A DNA stretch of 64,000 nucleotides from Minisyncoccota bacterium (GTDB lineage Bacteria; Patescibacteriota; Minisyncoccia; Phycocordibacterales; UBA2100): the NCBI GenBank assembly GCA_965267345.1, contig OZ253947.1, positions 573,043 to 637,042 of the forward strand, given 5' to 3'. Made by a program: the position numbers and the translations under genes. Of this stretch, positions 38,276 through 46,701 are shown in pieces. Positions within the stretch are counted from its first letter, which is position 1. Every line of letters starts with the position of its first letter. The notes under the pieces were generated by a model, which saw only the letters and a list, made by a program, of their open reading frames with translations, did not search any database and was not told the origin of the DNA.

Positions 38276-38313
38276 AGACGGGAGGGCCGGATCGAAATCC
38301 AGTCCTCCCGTCT
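38276..38313 (-). terminator. hairpin H2: same 10-bp stem as H1 with the loop inverted, abutting the MTase-2 stop
   Basis: AGACGGGAGG / CCTCCCGTCT stem. The loop is the reverse complement of the H1 loop. No U-tract on either strand. Confidence 0.5.
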
Positions 38314-38314
38314 C

Positions 38315-38911
38315 CTACTGATTCACAAATACAACCTGCCGCACTTCGTTCACCGCCTTTGCAACCTTCGCTTCACATCGTACTTTCTCATCAAAAAGAA
38401 CTTCCCATCCTTCATATAAAGCATCAAGGTTCGAATCGTCGTCATAGAACCCACCTTCGTCAACTTTAGTTTTGTAGAAGTCGCTTTGTGTGGTGAATAT
38501 CCGATGAATATGAAAGCCTCCCTCGTCCGTCATGCGCTTTGCTTTTGCAACAAGCTCCTTGAATACGCTCTTCTCAAAATGATGCGCCACGAGTGGAAAG
38601 AATATGAGTGTATAGCTGTGAGAAAATACAAACGATCGTATATCCTGATAATGGGTAGTGATATTTTCCCCCTCGTCGTCAATAGCGCCAAAAGCAGCGG
38701 TGGAGAAATCAACCGCATCAACAACATAACCTGCATCGCGCAAAAATAAACTGGTGATCCCCTCCCCTGCACCAATATCGAGTGCGCGTCCACGAGGTAA
38801 TTCGTACTGTTCAACAATGTCTCTAAGAAAATCGCGGCTTCCTGCTCTAAAAACATTTGGATTCTTGCTGTAGAGAGAATCATAAAAATTTTTTAAGTTC
38901 ATTTTTTTCAT
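38315..38911 (-). CDS. class I SAM-dependent methyltransferase (TehB/Methyltransf_23-like)
   Basis: ..ALDIGAGEGITSLFLRDAGYVVDAVDFS.. SAM-binding motif. Start set at MKKMNLKNFY; the track ORF extends into non-coding-looking sequence. Confidence 0.7.
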   Translation of the reverse strand: MKKMNLKNFYDSLYSKNPNVFRAGSRDFLRDIVEQYELPRGRALDIGAGEGITSLFLRDAGYVVDAVDFSTAAFGAIDDEGENITTHYQDIRSFVFSHSYTLIFFPLVAHHFEKSVFKELVAKAKRMTDEGGFHIHRIFTTQSDFYKTKVDEGGFYDDDSNLDALYEGWEVLFDEKVRCEAKVAKAVNEVRQVVFVNQ

Positions 38912-39002
38912 AAATGAATTTCGTTGACCACGATATAAGTGTGCATTACCATGCACAGTACGGTCAAGTTGTGGCCGCAACGCGCAATTTGGAGGAAATT
39001 CT

Positions 39003-39422
39003 ATGAGCGCAAGCAGTTTGGCATCATTGCCAAATATCGACCTCGGCCGTGTTATGCCGCGGGTCGCGAAGGAAAATCCGGACTGGAACACCGAGCGCCT
39101 TCGTGTCGCGGAATGTGAGTATCTGCGTTTCCTGCAGCTCTGCAAAACGTTCCCCGAGCGGAAGATCTCGGCACCTCCGGATGTCGACGAAGTGTGGCAT
39201 GCGCACATGCTCGACAGCGTGCATTACATGCGCGACTGCAACAACTACTTCGGCTTCTATCTCCATCACGACCCCTGCATCGGCGAGACCGATCTGGAAA
39301 ACGCACGTGAGACGCTCGTGCTTTACGAAAACACCTATGGCACTACGGTGCCAGCGGCATGGGCTGGTCTCATGACGTGTGCAAATCCGGGACAGGGATG
39401 CGGGAGTATCCCTGTCCAGTAA
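39003..39422 (+). CDS. DUF1399-like (glycine-rich-domain-protein-like) cytoplasmic protein
   Basis: 139 aa with a ..DEVWHAHMLDS.. histidine motif. GGAGG Shine-Dalgarno. Confidence 0.5.
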   Translation: MSASSLASLPNIDLGRVMPRVAKENPDWNTERLRVAECEYLRFLQLCKTFPERKISAPPDVDEVWHAHMLDSVHYMRDCNNYFGFYLHHDPCIGETDLENARETLVLYENTYGTTVPAAWAGLMTCANPGQGCGSIPVQ

Positions 39423-39445
39423 AAAAGAGCCGCGACTCAGACTTA

Positions 39446-39473
39446 CCCCGCCACCAGACGTGGCGGGGTTTTT
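39446..39473. terminator. bidirectional terminator CCCCGCCAC-caga-GTGGCGGGG-TTTTT
   Basis: Lies between the convergent DUF1399 gene and the anti-sigma gene. Confidence 0.7.
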
Positions 39474-39474
39474 C

Positions 39475-40587
39475 TTATTGCACCAGCAGCGTACGCACCA
39501 CAAACACTTCGTGCAGCGCTGCCTCGAGCTGGCCTTGAGCCCAGAGTATATTCCCCTGTGCACGTGCCTGTTGCACCGCGGCAAAACGGCCTTCGAGTGA
39601 ATCGATACGCGCTTGAGTCTCCGCCGACACTGTCGATGCAGCTGCTACGTCCGCATACATACGCGCTCGCTCCTCTTCAAATAGTTTCAAAAGCTCCTGT
39701 ACCACCGCCTCGGTTTCAGGATCACTGCCGTATGACTCCACGGCCATGGATGTCGCCTGCTGTGTTGGTAGCGTCTCAGGCGCACGTAGTGCCATCATTT
39801 CAGGCTCGCCGCCTTCACGCATATCTGCTGCGTCTGTATCGGTGTCATCGCGCGGTGCGCTCATGAGTGCCATGGTCTGCACCTCCCCTTCTCCTGCTGA
39901 CTCCTCTTTTGCAACCACTGAGCCGCCGACACCGGTGCCATGGCCATCACCGGCAGCAGGTGCCATCATCGCCATGGTTGCTGCCTCGGGCGCTGCAGGT
40001 GCATCGAGTGTATCAGCAGCGTAGGCAACGGTTGGTGTCGCTGCGTCGCGCGTTCGTGCCGCAAAGGCAATGCGCAGCGCAGCTGCTTTTGCCGGCGCTG
40101 CTGTCTCAATTGCCGCAACGCGCTGTTGGAAGTAGTCACCCGCCTCTGCAATTGTGTTCAGAGCAATAACTTCGCGTTCACCCGTGAACGCCTCGCGCGT
40201 TGCGAGCGCTGAGGCTTCAGTGATACGTCGGTGGACACGCTCAAGCGCCCACTGCGCACGTGCCTCGTCGTTAAACAGGAATTCTCCCTGAATATCTTCA
40301 GCGGCAATTTTTACGCCGTAGAGCGTGTCACCGGGAAGGGCATCACGAGCAGCGAACGTTGCACTGCCGCTCCCCACCACAACGAGCATTAAGACAGCGA
40401 GTGTCGCAACCAGTCGATACTCGAGCAGCATGTGCAGGTACGCGCCGCGCATGCGGCGCGCTGTTTTCGGTCGCACCGGTGTGTGCTCCATATACGCATT
40501 GATTTTGTCGCGCATGCGCTCTTTCTCAGCCGTACTGAGCTGTACCGTTTTGCTGACGTCGTTAATATGTCGTTCGAATATACTCAT
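39475..40587 (-). CDS. putative anti-sigma factor (single-pass membrane protein with large Ala-rich extracytoplasmic domain)
   Basis: Immediately downstream of, and overlapping (ATGA), the ECF sigma gene. TM helix LVATLAVLMLVVV. Confidence 0.55.
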   Translation of the reverse strand: MSIFERHINDVSKTVQLSTAEKERMRDKINAYMEHTPVRPKTARRMRGAYLHMLLEYRLVATLAVLMLVVVGSGSATFAARDALPGDTLYGVKIAAEDIQGEFLFNDEARAQWALERVHRRITEASALATREAFTGEREVIALNTIAEAGDYFQQRVAAIETAAPAKAAALRIAFAARTRDAATPTVAYAADTLDAPAAPEAATMAMMAPAAGDGHGTGVGGSVVAKEESAGEGEVQTMALMSAPRDDTDTDAADMREGGEPEMMALRAPETLPTQQATSMAVESYGSDPETEAVVQELLKLFEEERARMYADVAAASTVSAETQARIDSLEGRFAAVQQARAQGNILWAQGQLEAALHEVFVVRTLLVQ

Positions 40588-41129
40588 ATAGTGTGTTCCT
40601 CATGTGCCGCAAGCGTTTGGCGCAATTTCTTCATACCGCGATTAATCCGCACTGATACGGCATTTTCAGTCTCACCCAACACGTCGGCAATCTCTTTCGG
40701 GCGCAGTTCGTCAATGTAGCGCATGACCACCACGCTGCGGTACTGATCGGGCAGTGCCCCGAGTGCTGCCTGTAAATCGTCTGACTGAAAGCGAATATTG
40801 GCTTCGTCTTCCGCACTGTCGCGGTCGCCGCTGCGCAGCTCATCAAATGAGCCTTCTTGCACACCATCATCGGCATCGAGCAGCGCGTCGAGGGACGTGC
40901 TCTTTTTTTTGCGGTACTCGTCAATGATCAGGTTGTTGAGAATACGAAACAGAAATGCGCGCTCGTTGCGTATTTCTTCTCCGCGTGCAACTTTGTCCCA
41001 TGCTTTCATAAATGCATCTTGGACCAACTCAATGGCGCGCTCGCGATTCGACACGCGGAAAACGCAGTGCCGAAACAGTGCATCTGCATGCGCTTCGTAG
41101 ACATGTGCGAAGGCCTGCTGGGTATCCAT
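40584..41129 (-). CDS. ECF (sigma-70 group 4) RNA polymerase sigma factor
   Basis: Region 2 (..FRHCVFRVSNRERAIELVQDAFMKAW..) and region 4 HTH (..LRPKEIADVLGETENAVSVRINRGMKKLR..). Confidence 0.85.
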   Translation of the reverse strand: MDTQQAFAHVYEAHADALFRHCVFRVSNRERAIELVQDAFMKAWDKVARGEEIRNERAFLFRILNNLIIDEYRKKKSTSLDALLDADDGVQEGSFDELRSGDRDSAEDEANIRFQSDDLQAALGALPDQYRSVVVMRYIDELRPKEIADVLGETENAVSVRINRGMKKLRQTLAAHEEHTI

Positions 41130-41248
41130 TGGTCTATGATATCAAAGACGCACGATATCCGCTCTTCTTTCAGAAGGATGGGTTACAGAAAAAGCACGGC
41201 ATGGTCGGTTGTTTTGGGGTGGGTGCCTAGTGTAAAATCACGACCACT

Positions 41249-41782
41249 ATGGCAGGACACAATAAATGGTCAAAAATTAAACATAAAAAGGCAGCGACCG
41301 ACGCGGCAAAGAGCAAAGTGTTCGGAAAAATGGCACGTTTGATCGCCGCTGAGTCAAAGAAGACAAACGGTGATACCTCAGCACCAAGTCTGCGCGCAGC
41401 GATTGATAAAGCACGCGCCGAAAACATGCCAAAAGACAACATCGACCGCGCCGTTGCCAAGGGTACTTCGGCAGACGCCGCGGCCATGGAGCCGATTATC
41501 TACGAAATGTACGGCCCATCGGGTACGGCGGTGCTGATTGATATCCTCACCGACAATCGCAACCGCACTGCTGCTGAAATTCGTCACCTGCTCTCAAAAA
41601 AGGGCTACGAGCTTGCGACGCCCGGCAGCGCTGCATGGGCCTTCACCAAGAATCCTGACGGCACGTACGACGCACACACAACGGTTGAAATTACCGAAGA
41701 GGACGGCGAGAAGCTCGATGCACTGCTCGAAACACTTGAAGATCACGACGACGTACAGGACGTCTACACCAACGCAGTCTAG
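41249..41782 (+). CDS. yebC: YebC/PmpR-family probable transcriptional regulator (short form)
   Basis: MAGHNKWSKIKHKKA.. and ..DVQDVYTNA.. termini. At 177 aa it lacks part of the usual middle domain. Confidence 0.8.
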   Translation: MAGHNKWSKIKHKKAATDAAKSKVFGKMARLIAAESKKTNGDTSAPSLRAAIDKARAENMPKDNIDRAVAKGTSADAAAMEPIIYEMYGPSGTAVLIDILTDNRNRTAAEIRHLLSKKGYELATPGSAAWAFTKNPDGTYDAHTTVEITEEDGEKLDALLETLEDHDDVQDVYTNAV

Positions 41783-41805
41783 CGCCGCCCTGCTACAATA
41801 GTGCT

Positions 41806-42279
41806 ATGCGCATTCTTGGTATCGATCCCGGATACGAACGGCTTGGTCTTGCCGTTGTCGACACGACCGGCTCCGGTAGCGAAACACTCGTACATAGTGA
41901 GTGCTTCCAGACCCCCGCAACACTCCCCTTTCCCGACCGCCTCGCGTCCATAGGCGCACACCTACAGGCACTCCTCGATGAGTACGCACCTGCACACGTC
42001 GCGCTTGAAAACGTTTACTTCAACACCAATCAAAAAACGGCTATGGATGTCGCAGCGGTGCGCGGCCTCATTCTCTACCTTGCTCGTGCTACCTCGCGTG
42101 AGGTGTTTGAGTACACACCGCCGCAAATTAAATCAGCTGTGGCCGGTACCGGTCGTGGCACCAAGCGTGAGGTGACGACCATGCTGCACCATCTCATACG
42201 CATCGACAAAACCATTCGCTTCGACGACGAGTATGATGCTATTGCCGTGGCACTTACCCACAGTGCCATCCACAGGTAA
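41806..42279 (+). CDS. ruvC: crossover junction endodeoxyribonuclease RuvC
   Basis: MRILGIDPGYERLGLAVVD.. RNase H-like fold with catalytic acidic residues. Confidence 0.9.
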   Translation: MRILGIDPGYERLGLAVVDTTGSGSETLVHSECFQTPATLPFPDRLASIGAHLQALLDEYAPAHVALENVYFNTNQKTAMDVAAVRGLILYLARATSREVFEYTPPQIKSAVAGTGRGTKREVTTMLHHLIRIDKTIRFDDEYDAIAVALTHSAIHR

Positions 42280-42446
42280 TCAGCGGCTGTCACCACACTA
42301 TCCCCGTACAGAGCATACGCTCTCCACAAGGTGTCCCCATATAGCTTCTGTTTATCCCCATGTTATGCAGTATTGAAAAGTGTTGAGAGTTTGGTACAAC
42401 TCAGCGTGAGGAGCATTCCTCACTTATTATCTAAGGTATGTGTACT

Positions 42447-42668
42447 ATGGTTTTTGATGACCACAACGACCACGACGAGGAGAACGAGGAGGAGTTTGAT
42501 GCGGACGCATCACTCGACGATGATGATCTGTTCGACGATGAGTCAGACGACGAAGATACTGACGACGACGGAGATGACGATGATGACGAAGAGTCAGACG
42601 ACGAAGACGAAGAAGAGGACAACGCACCGCCTGAGGTGCCGTTTAACGACGAAGAGCAGACGCTCTAG
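42447..42668 (+). CDS. extremely acidic 73-aa protein (about 70% Asp/Glu)
   Basis: MVFDDHNDHDEENEEEFDADASLDDDDLFDDESDDEDTDDDGDDDDDEESDDEDEEEDNAPPEVPFNDEEQTL, followed directly by a canonical terminator. Confidence 0.5.
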   Translation: MVFDDHNDHDEENEEEFDADASLDDDDLFDDESDDEDTDDDGDDDDDEESDDEDEEEDNAPPEVPFNDEEQTL

Positions 42669-42679
42669 CAGTACTGCAC

Positions 42680-42704
42680 AAAACCGCCCTCAAGGGGCGG
42701 TTTT
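42680..42704. terminator. bidirectional terminator AAAACCGCCC-tcaa-GGGGCGGTTTT
   Basis: Lies between the convergent acidic-protein gene and tyrS. Confidence 0.75.
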
Positions 42705-42705
42705 G

Positions 42706-43941
42706 TTATTCGTGCTCGATACGCAAAAAACGATGTTTGCCGATTTTATACACCCCTGCGGTGGCCGGTGCATCGAGCGTTGTAATTTTTGCATCAGTGT
42801 CTTTGTGCACAACGGCTCCACTGTCGACGAGTCGACGAAATGCTGTTTTCGACTCGACAAGTTCACTCCGCAACACAACAGTAACGAGCGACTCGTCGTG
42901 CGCCGCAGTGACTACGGGCATATCTTCAGGTGCATTTCCCTTCTGAAAGGCTTCAACAAAGTTGCGCTGCGCGCGATCTGCTGCTGACGCGCCGTCGTAT
43001 GAGGCTACAATCGCGTGTGCGAGCTCGCGCTTAAGGTCGCGTGGGTTCTCCCCTGCTGACAGACGCTCCTCAATTGCATCAAGATCCCTGTCCGTGCAGA
43101 GCTCAAACCCCGGAACAATCATCTCGTCAGTCCACGACATCACCTTGCCAAATTTTTCCTCAGGGGTGTCGAGGAATGAGAGCATGTTCCCCGTGGTCTT
43201 CCCCATCTTCCCGCCGCTTGCGTCAACGAGCAGCTTTGTCGGCAGCACAAACTTTTCTTTGCCGTTCATTTCTTTCATGAGGGTACGACCGGTGAGCATG
43301 TTAAACGTCTGATCGTTGCCTCCTACTTCACCGTCAACATCCATTGCGACCGCGTCGTAGCCCTGCATAAGCGGGTACAAAAATTCATGCAGGTACACAG
43401 GGCGCTCATCAGCAATGCGGCGTTGGAACAGGTCACGCTCAAGCATCTGCTGTACCGTCATTTTCGAAGCCAGCTCAATGACATCAGCAAAACTGAGTTT
43501 GTTCAGCCACGTGTGATTAAAGCGCAGTTGCGCGGCATTTGGTCCGGAAAAGTCGAGAATCTGCGCTGCTTGCTTCTGGTAGCGTCGGGCATTGTCGAGC
43601 ACTTGCTTGTGGGTGAGTTGCTGGCGTACGTCTTTTTTATCAGGGTCGCCGATACGCGCAGTGAAATCACCGATCAGTAGAATTACTTCATGGCCGAGTT
43701 CCTGAAACTGCCGTAACTTACGCAGTGGAATGGCGTGCCCGAGGTGGAGCGTCGGGCCGGTTGGGTCAATACCGAGGTACACCCGCAAGCGCTCCCCTGA
43801 GTGTAAGCGGTCGCGAATGAATTCCTCATTGGGAAAATGGCGCTCGACGCCACGAGTGAGTAAGGCGTCTATCTTTTTTTCGTCTGTAGTAACGCGGGGT
43901 TTTCTTTGTAACCACGAAAACATAGCAGAATAGTACACCAA
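42706..43941 (-). CDS. tyrS: tyrosine--tRNA ligase
   Basis: Class I HIGH (TLHLGH) and KMSKS (KMGKT) motifs, ..QGYD.. Tyr-specific region and a C-terminal S4-like domain. Confidence 0.9.
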   Translation of the reverse strand: MVYYSAMFSWLQRKPRVTTDEKKIDALLTRGVERHFPNEEFIRDRLHSGERLRVYLGIDPTGPTLHLGHAIPLRKLRQFQELGHEVILLIGDFTARIGDPDKKDVRQQLTHKQVLDNARRYQKQAAQILDFSGPNAAQLRFNHTWLNKLSFADVIELASKMTVQQMLERDLFQRRIADERPVYLHEFLYPLMQGYDAVAMDVDGEVGGNDQTFNMLTGRTLMKEMNGKEKFVLPTKLLVDASGGKMGKTTGNMLSFLDTPEEKFGKVMSWTDEMIVPGFELCTDRDLDAIEERLSAGENPRDLKRELAHAIVASYDGASAADRAQRNFVEAFQKGNAPEDMPVVTAAHDESLVTVVLRSELVESKTAFRRLVDSGAVVHKDTDAKITTLDAPATAGVYKIGKHRFLRIEHE

Positions 43942-43972
43942 TTAGCCATTCTGTGATACCGTAATTTGTACA

Positions 43973-46435
43973 ATGCGCCTCATAAAACGGATTCCGATTA
44001 AACAGGTGCTCCTCGTGAGTATCGCGGCATCGCTGCTTATTGCCAGTGCGATTTTTGTGTGGGTCGCCACACTTGAAATACCGACACTCGACGGTTTTGA
44101 AGAACGCACCATCACTCAGTCAACAAAAATCTATGATCGCACTGGTGACGTGCTCCTCTTTGATCTCCACCAAGACATTCGCCGCACTGTCGTGCCGCTT
44201 GAGGATATGTCACGCCACCTCAAAAATGCCACCATCGCGATTGAGGACGCTGAGTTTTATGAGCACAACGGCATTCGCCCGATGCGCACACTGAAAGCCG
44301 TGTACGATAACGTCGTTACGGGCGACTTGCTCGGCGGACAGGGTGGCTCAACTATCACACAGCAAGTGGTGAAGAATACGCTCCTCACGACTGACAAGAC
44401 AATTACACGTAAAGTAAAAGAGTGGATCCTCGCGCTAAAAATTGAGCAGATTCTCGCCAAAGACGACATCCTCGAGCTCTACCTCAACGAAGTACCCTAC
44501 GGCGGTAACATTTACGGTGCAGAAGAGGCGGCGAAACATTTCTTCGCTACATCGGCGGAAGAGCTCACACTGGTTGAGTCGGCGTACCTTGCGGCACTTC
44601 CGCAGGCACCGACGCGGTACTCGCCCTACGGCAATCACACCGACTTACTCGAGGAGCGTAAAAACCGCGTACTGCAGCAAATGCTCGAGAACGGTTTCAT
44701 CTCACCCGCTGAGTACGAAGAGGCCGTCGCAGCCGAGGTAGTCTTTGAACAGTACGGCGACACAAACATCAAAGCGCCGCACTTTGTGTTCTACATTCGT
44801 GAACAGCTCGAGGAAACGTACGGCCGCGAAGCGCTCTACGAAACAGGGCTGAAGGTTATCACAACCCTCAACTATGACCTCCAGCAGGCAGCTGAGGAGG
44901 TTGTTACTGAGTACGCGTACCAAAACGAAGAAGATTTTAACGCTGAAAATGCAGCGTTAGTTGCGATTGACCCGCAGACGGGTCACATTCTGGCGATGGT
45001 CGGTTCGCGCAACTACTTTGATGAAGACATCGACGGAAAATTTAATGTGGCAACCGCGCATCGCCAACCCGGTTCAACCTTTAAACCAATTGTCTACGCC
45101 ACCGCTTTTGAGCAAGGTTTCACCCCTGAAACCGTTGTTTTTGATGTGCCGACGCAGTTCTCAGTCAATTGTGAGCCAACGAACTTCAGCAGCACTGATG
45201 GCTGCTACTCTCCTGTGAACTACGACGGTGTGTTTCGTGGCCCGATGACCTTTCGTGACGCACTAGCGCAGTCGATTAACATCCCTGCGGTAAAGGCACT
45301 GTACTTGGCCGGCATCGGAAATGCGCTGACCAATGCGCGAGAGCTTGGTATTTCAACACTTACGAAAGCGCCGCGTGACTACGGACTTCCCCTCGCGCTT
45401 GGTGGTGGTGAAGTCTCACTACTTGAGCTCACGAATGCGTATGCTGCGCTCGCAAATGACGGGGTGCGGCACGAACATACCGGCATTATTCGCGTCGAAG
45501 ACGCTGCCTCGGGTGAGGTGCTTGAGGAGTACGATGAAGAGGATGTGGGTGATCAAGTTATCGCCTCTCGTGCGGCACGCCTCACCACAAGCGTGCTTAC
45601 CGACATCCAAGCGCGTGAACCGGCGTATGGTCGTAACTCGTTCTCGTTTGGGAGACAGGCGGTAGGCGTGAAAACTGGTACGACCAACGACTACCGTGAT
45701 GTGTGGATTATGGGCTACACACCGCGCATCGCTGTCGGTACGTGGGGTGGTAACAATGACAACTCCCCTATTGTAAAGCGTGTTGCAGGATTCGTACTGG
45801 CGCCAATGTGGCGTGCATTTATGGACGAGGCACTCACTATTGTGCCGTATAGTGAATTCTCTGCACTTGAGGTAGACGAAGAAGAAACCGCACTCAAGCC
45901 GGTGCTGCGAGGATTCTGGCAAGGCGCAGCGACCACAACACCTACCACGCAACCAAGTGTGCACTCTATCCTGCACTGGGTTGATAGGAGCAACCCACGC
46001 GGACCGGTGCCGAGTGATCCATCTCGCGATCCGCAGTATGTAAACTGGGAAACTGCTGTGCGTATCTGGGCACAAGAAAATGCACCACAGCTCGTCGGTA
46101 GTGGGACATTTCCAACACCTCAATTCCCACAAAACGGTACAACGCCGACAACCACCCAAGGTGAGCCATTTAGTCTCACCTACCCAGCACAGAACATGCA
46201 GCATCGAGCAGGAACACCACTTACGGCAACAGTTGGTGCGCGTGCTGATATTGAATTAGTCTCAGTGGAGTACTACCTTAATGGCGCCTACATGGGTTCG
46301 GCAACCGGCGCGCCGTTCTCAATCTCACTCGTGCCTCAGTACACCGGCACGGGTGCACACACACTCACGGCAGTTGGCTACACTAAAAATGCAGAAACTT
46401 TTACGCAGCAGGTGACATTCCATGTGACACAGTAG
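43973..46435 (+). CDS. class A penicillin-binding protein (glycosyltransferase + transpeptidase)
   Basis: GT51 motifs (EDAEFYEHNGI, ..GGSTITQQ..), transpeptidase STFK, SxN and KTGT motifs, plus a C-terminal extension. Confidence 0.9.
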   Translation: MRLIKRIPIKQVLLVSIAASLLIASAIFVWVATLEIPTLDGFEERTITQSTKIYDRTGDVLLFDLHQDIRRTVVPLEDMSRHLKNATIAIEDAEFYEHNGIRPMRTLKAVYDNVVTGDLLGGQGGSTITQQVVKNTLLTTDKTITRKVKEWILALKIEQILAKDDILELYLNEVPYGGNIYGAEEAAKHFFATSAEELTLVESAYLAALPQAPTRYSPYGNHTDLLEERKNRVLQQMLENGFISPAEYEEAVAAEVVFEQYGDTNIKAPHFVFYIREQLEETYGREALYETGLKVITTLNYDLQQAAEEVVTEYAYQNEEDFNAENAALVAIDPQTGHILAMVGSRNYFDEDIDGKFNVATAHRQPGSTFKPIVYATAFEQGFTPETVVFDVPTQFSVNCEPTNFSSTDGCYSPVNYDGVFRGPMTFRDALAQSINIPAVKALYLAGIGNALTNARELGISTLTKAPRDYGLPLALGGGEVSLLELTNAYAALANDGVRHEHTGIIRVEDAASGEVLEEYDEEDVGDQVIASRAARLTTSVLTDIQAREPAYGRNSFSFGRQAVGVKTGTTNDYRDVWIMGYTPRIAVGTWGGNNDNSPIVKRVAGFVLAPMWRAFMDEALTIVPYSEFSALEVDEEETALKPVLRGFWQGAATTTPTTQPSVHSILHWVDRSNPRGPVPSDPSRDPQYVNWETAVRIWAQENAPQLVGSGTFPTPQFPQNGTTPTTTQGEPFSLTYPAQNMQHRAGTPLTATVGARADIELVSVEYYLNGAYMGSATGAPFSISLVPQYTGTGAHTLTAVGYTKNAETFTQQVTFHVTQ

Positions 46436-46437
46436 TG

Positions 46438-46698
46438 TTAGTAAATAGCGCTGATGCAGTACGGATCCCCCAGATCTTTTTGCACACGTTCGAGAATATC
46501 GCTCTGGTGAAGGTGTATTTCGCTTTTAATCGTTGATGATGTTGAGAGGCGTACGGTTTTGTTACGTATATGCACCTGATCCTCAGGTATATCTATTTCG
46601 AGCACGTCACGAACTGCGGTGATAAACGCCTCGCGCACAACACGCTCAGGTGCTTTAAGATTTGTGTACCGCTGGAGAAAACCGCTGACTAAACGCAT
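46438..46698 (-). CDS. dciA: DUF721/DciA-like protein
   Basis: 86 aa directly downstream of dnaN, the characteristic DUF721 position. Confidence 0.55.
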   Translation of the reverse strand: MRLVSGFLQRYTNLKAPERVVREAFITAVRDVLEIDIPEDQVHIRNKTVRLSTSSTIKSEIHLHQSDILERVQKDLGDPYCISAIY

Positions 46699-46701
46699 AT
46701 A

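Noticed and set aside
38276-38313. H2 as a rho-independent terminator for plus-strand gene C
   Set aside because: No U-tract follows it on the plus strand, and it directly abuts the minus-strand MTase-2 stop. It is more likely that gene's 3' structure.
45419-46204. 261-aa minus-strand ORF
   Set aside because: Antisense inside the strongly supported class A PBP gene.
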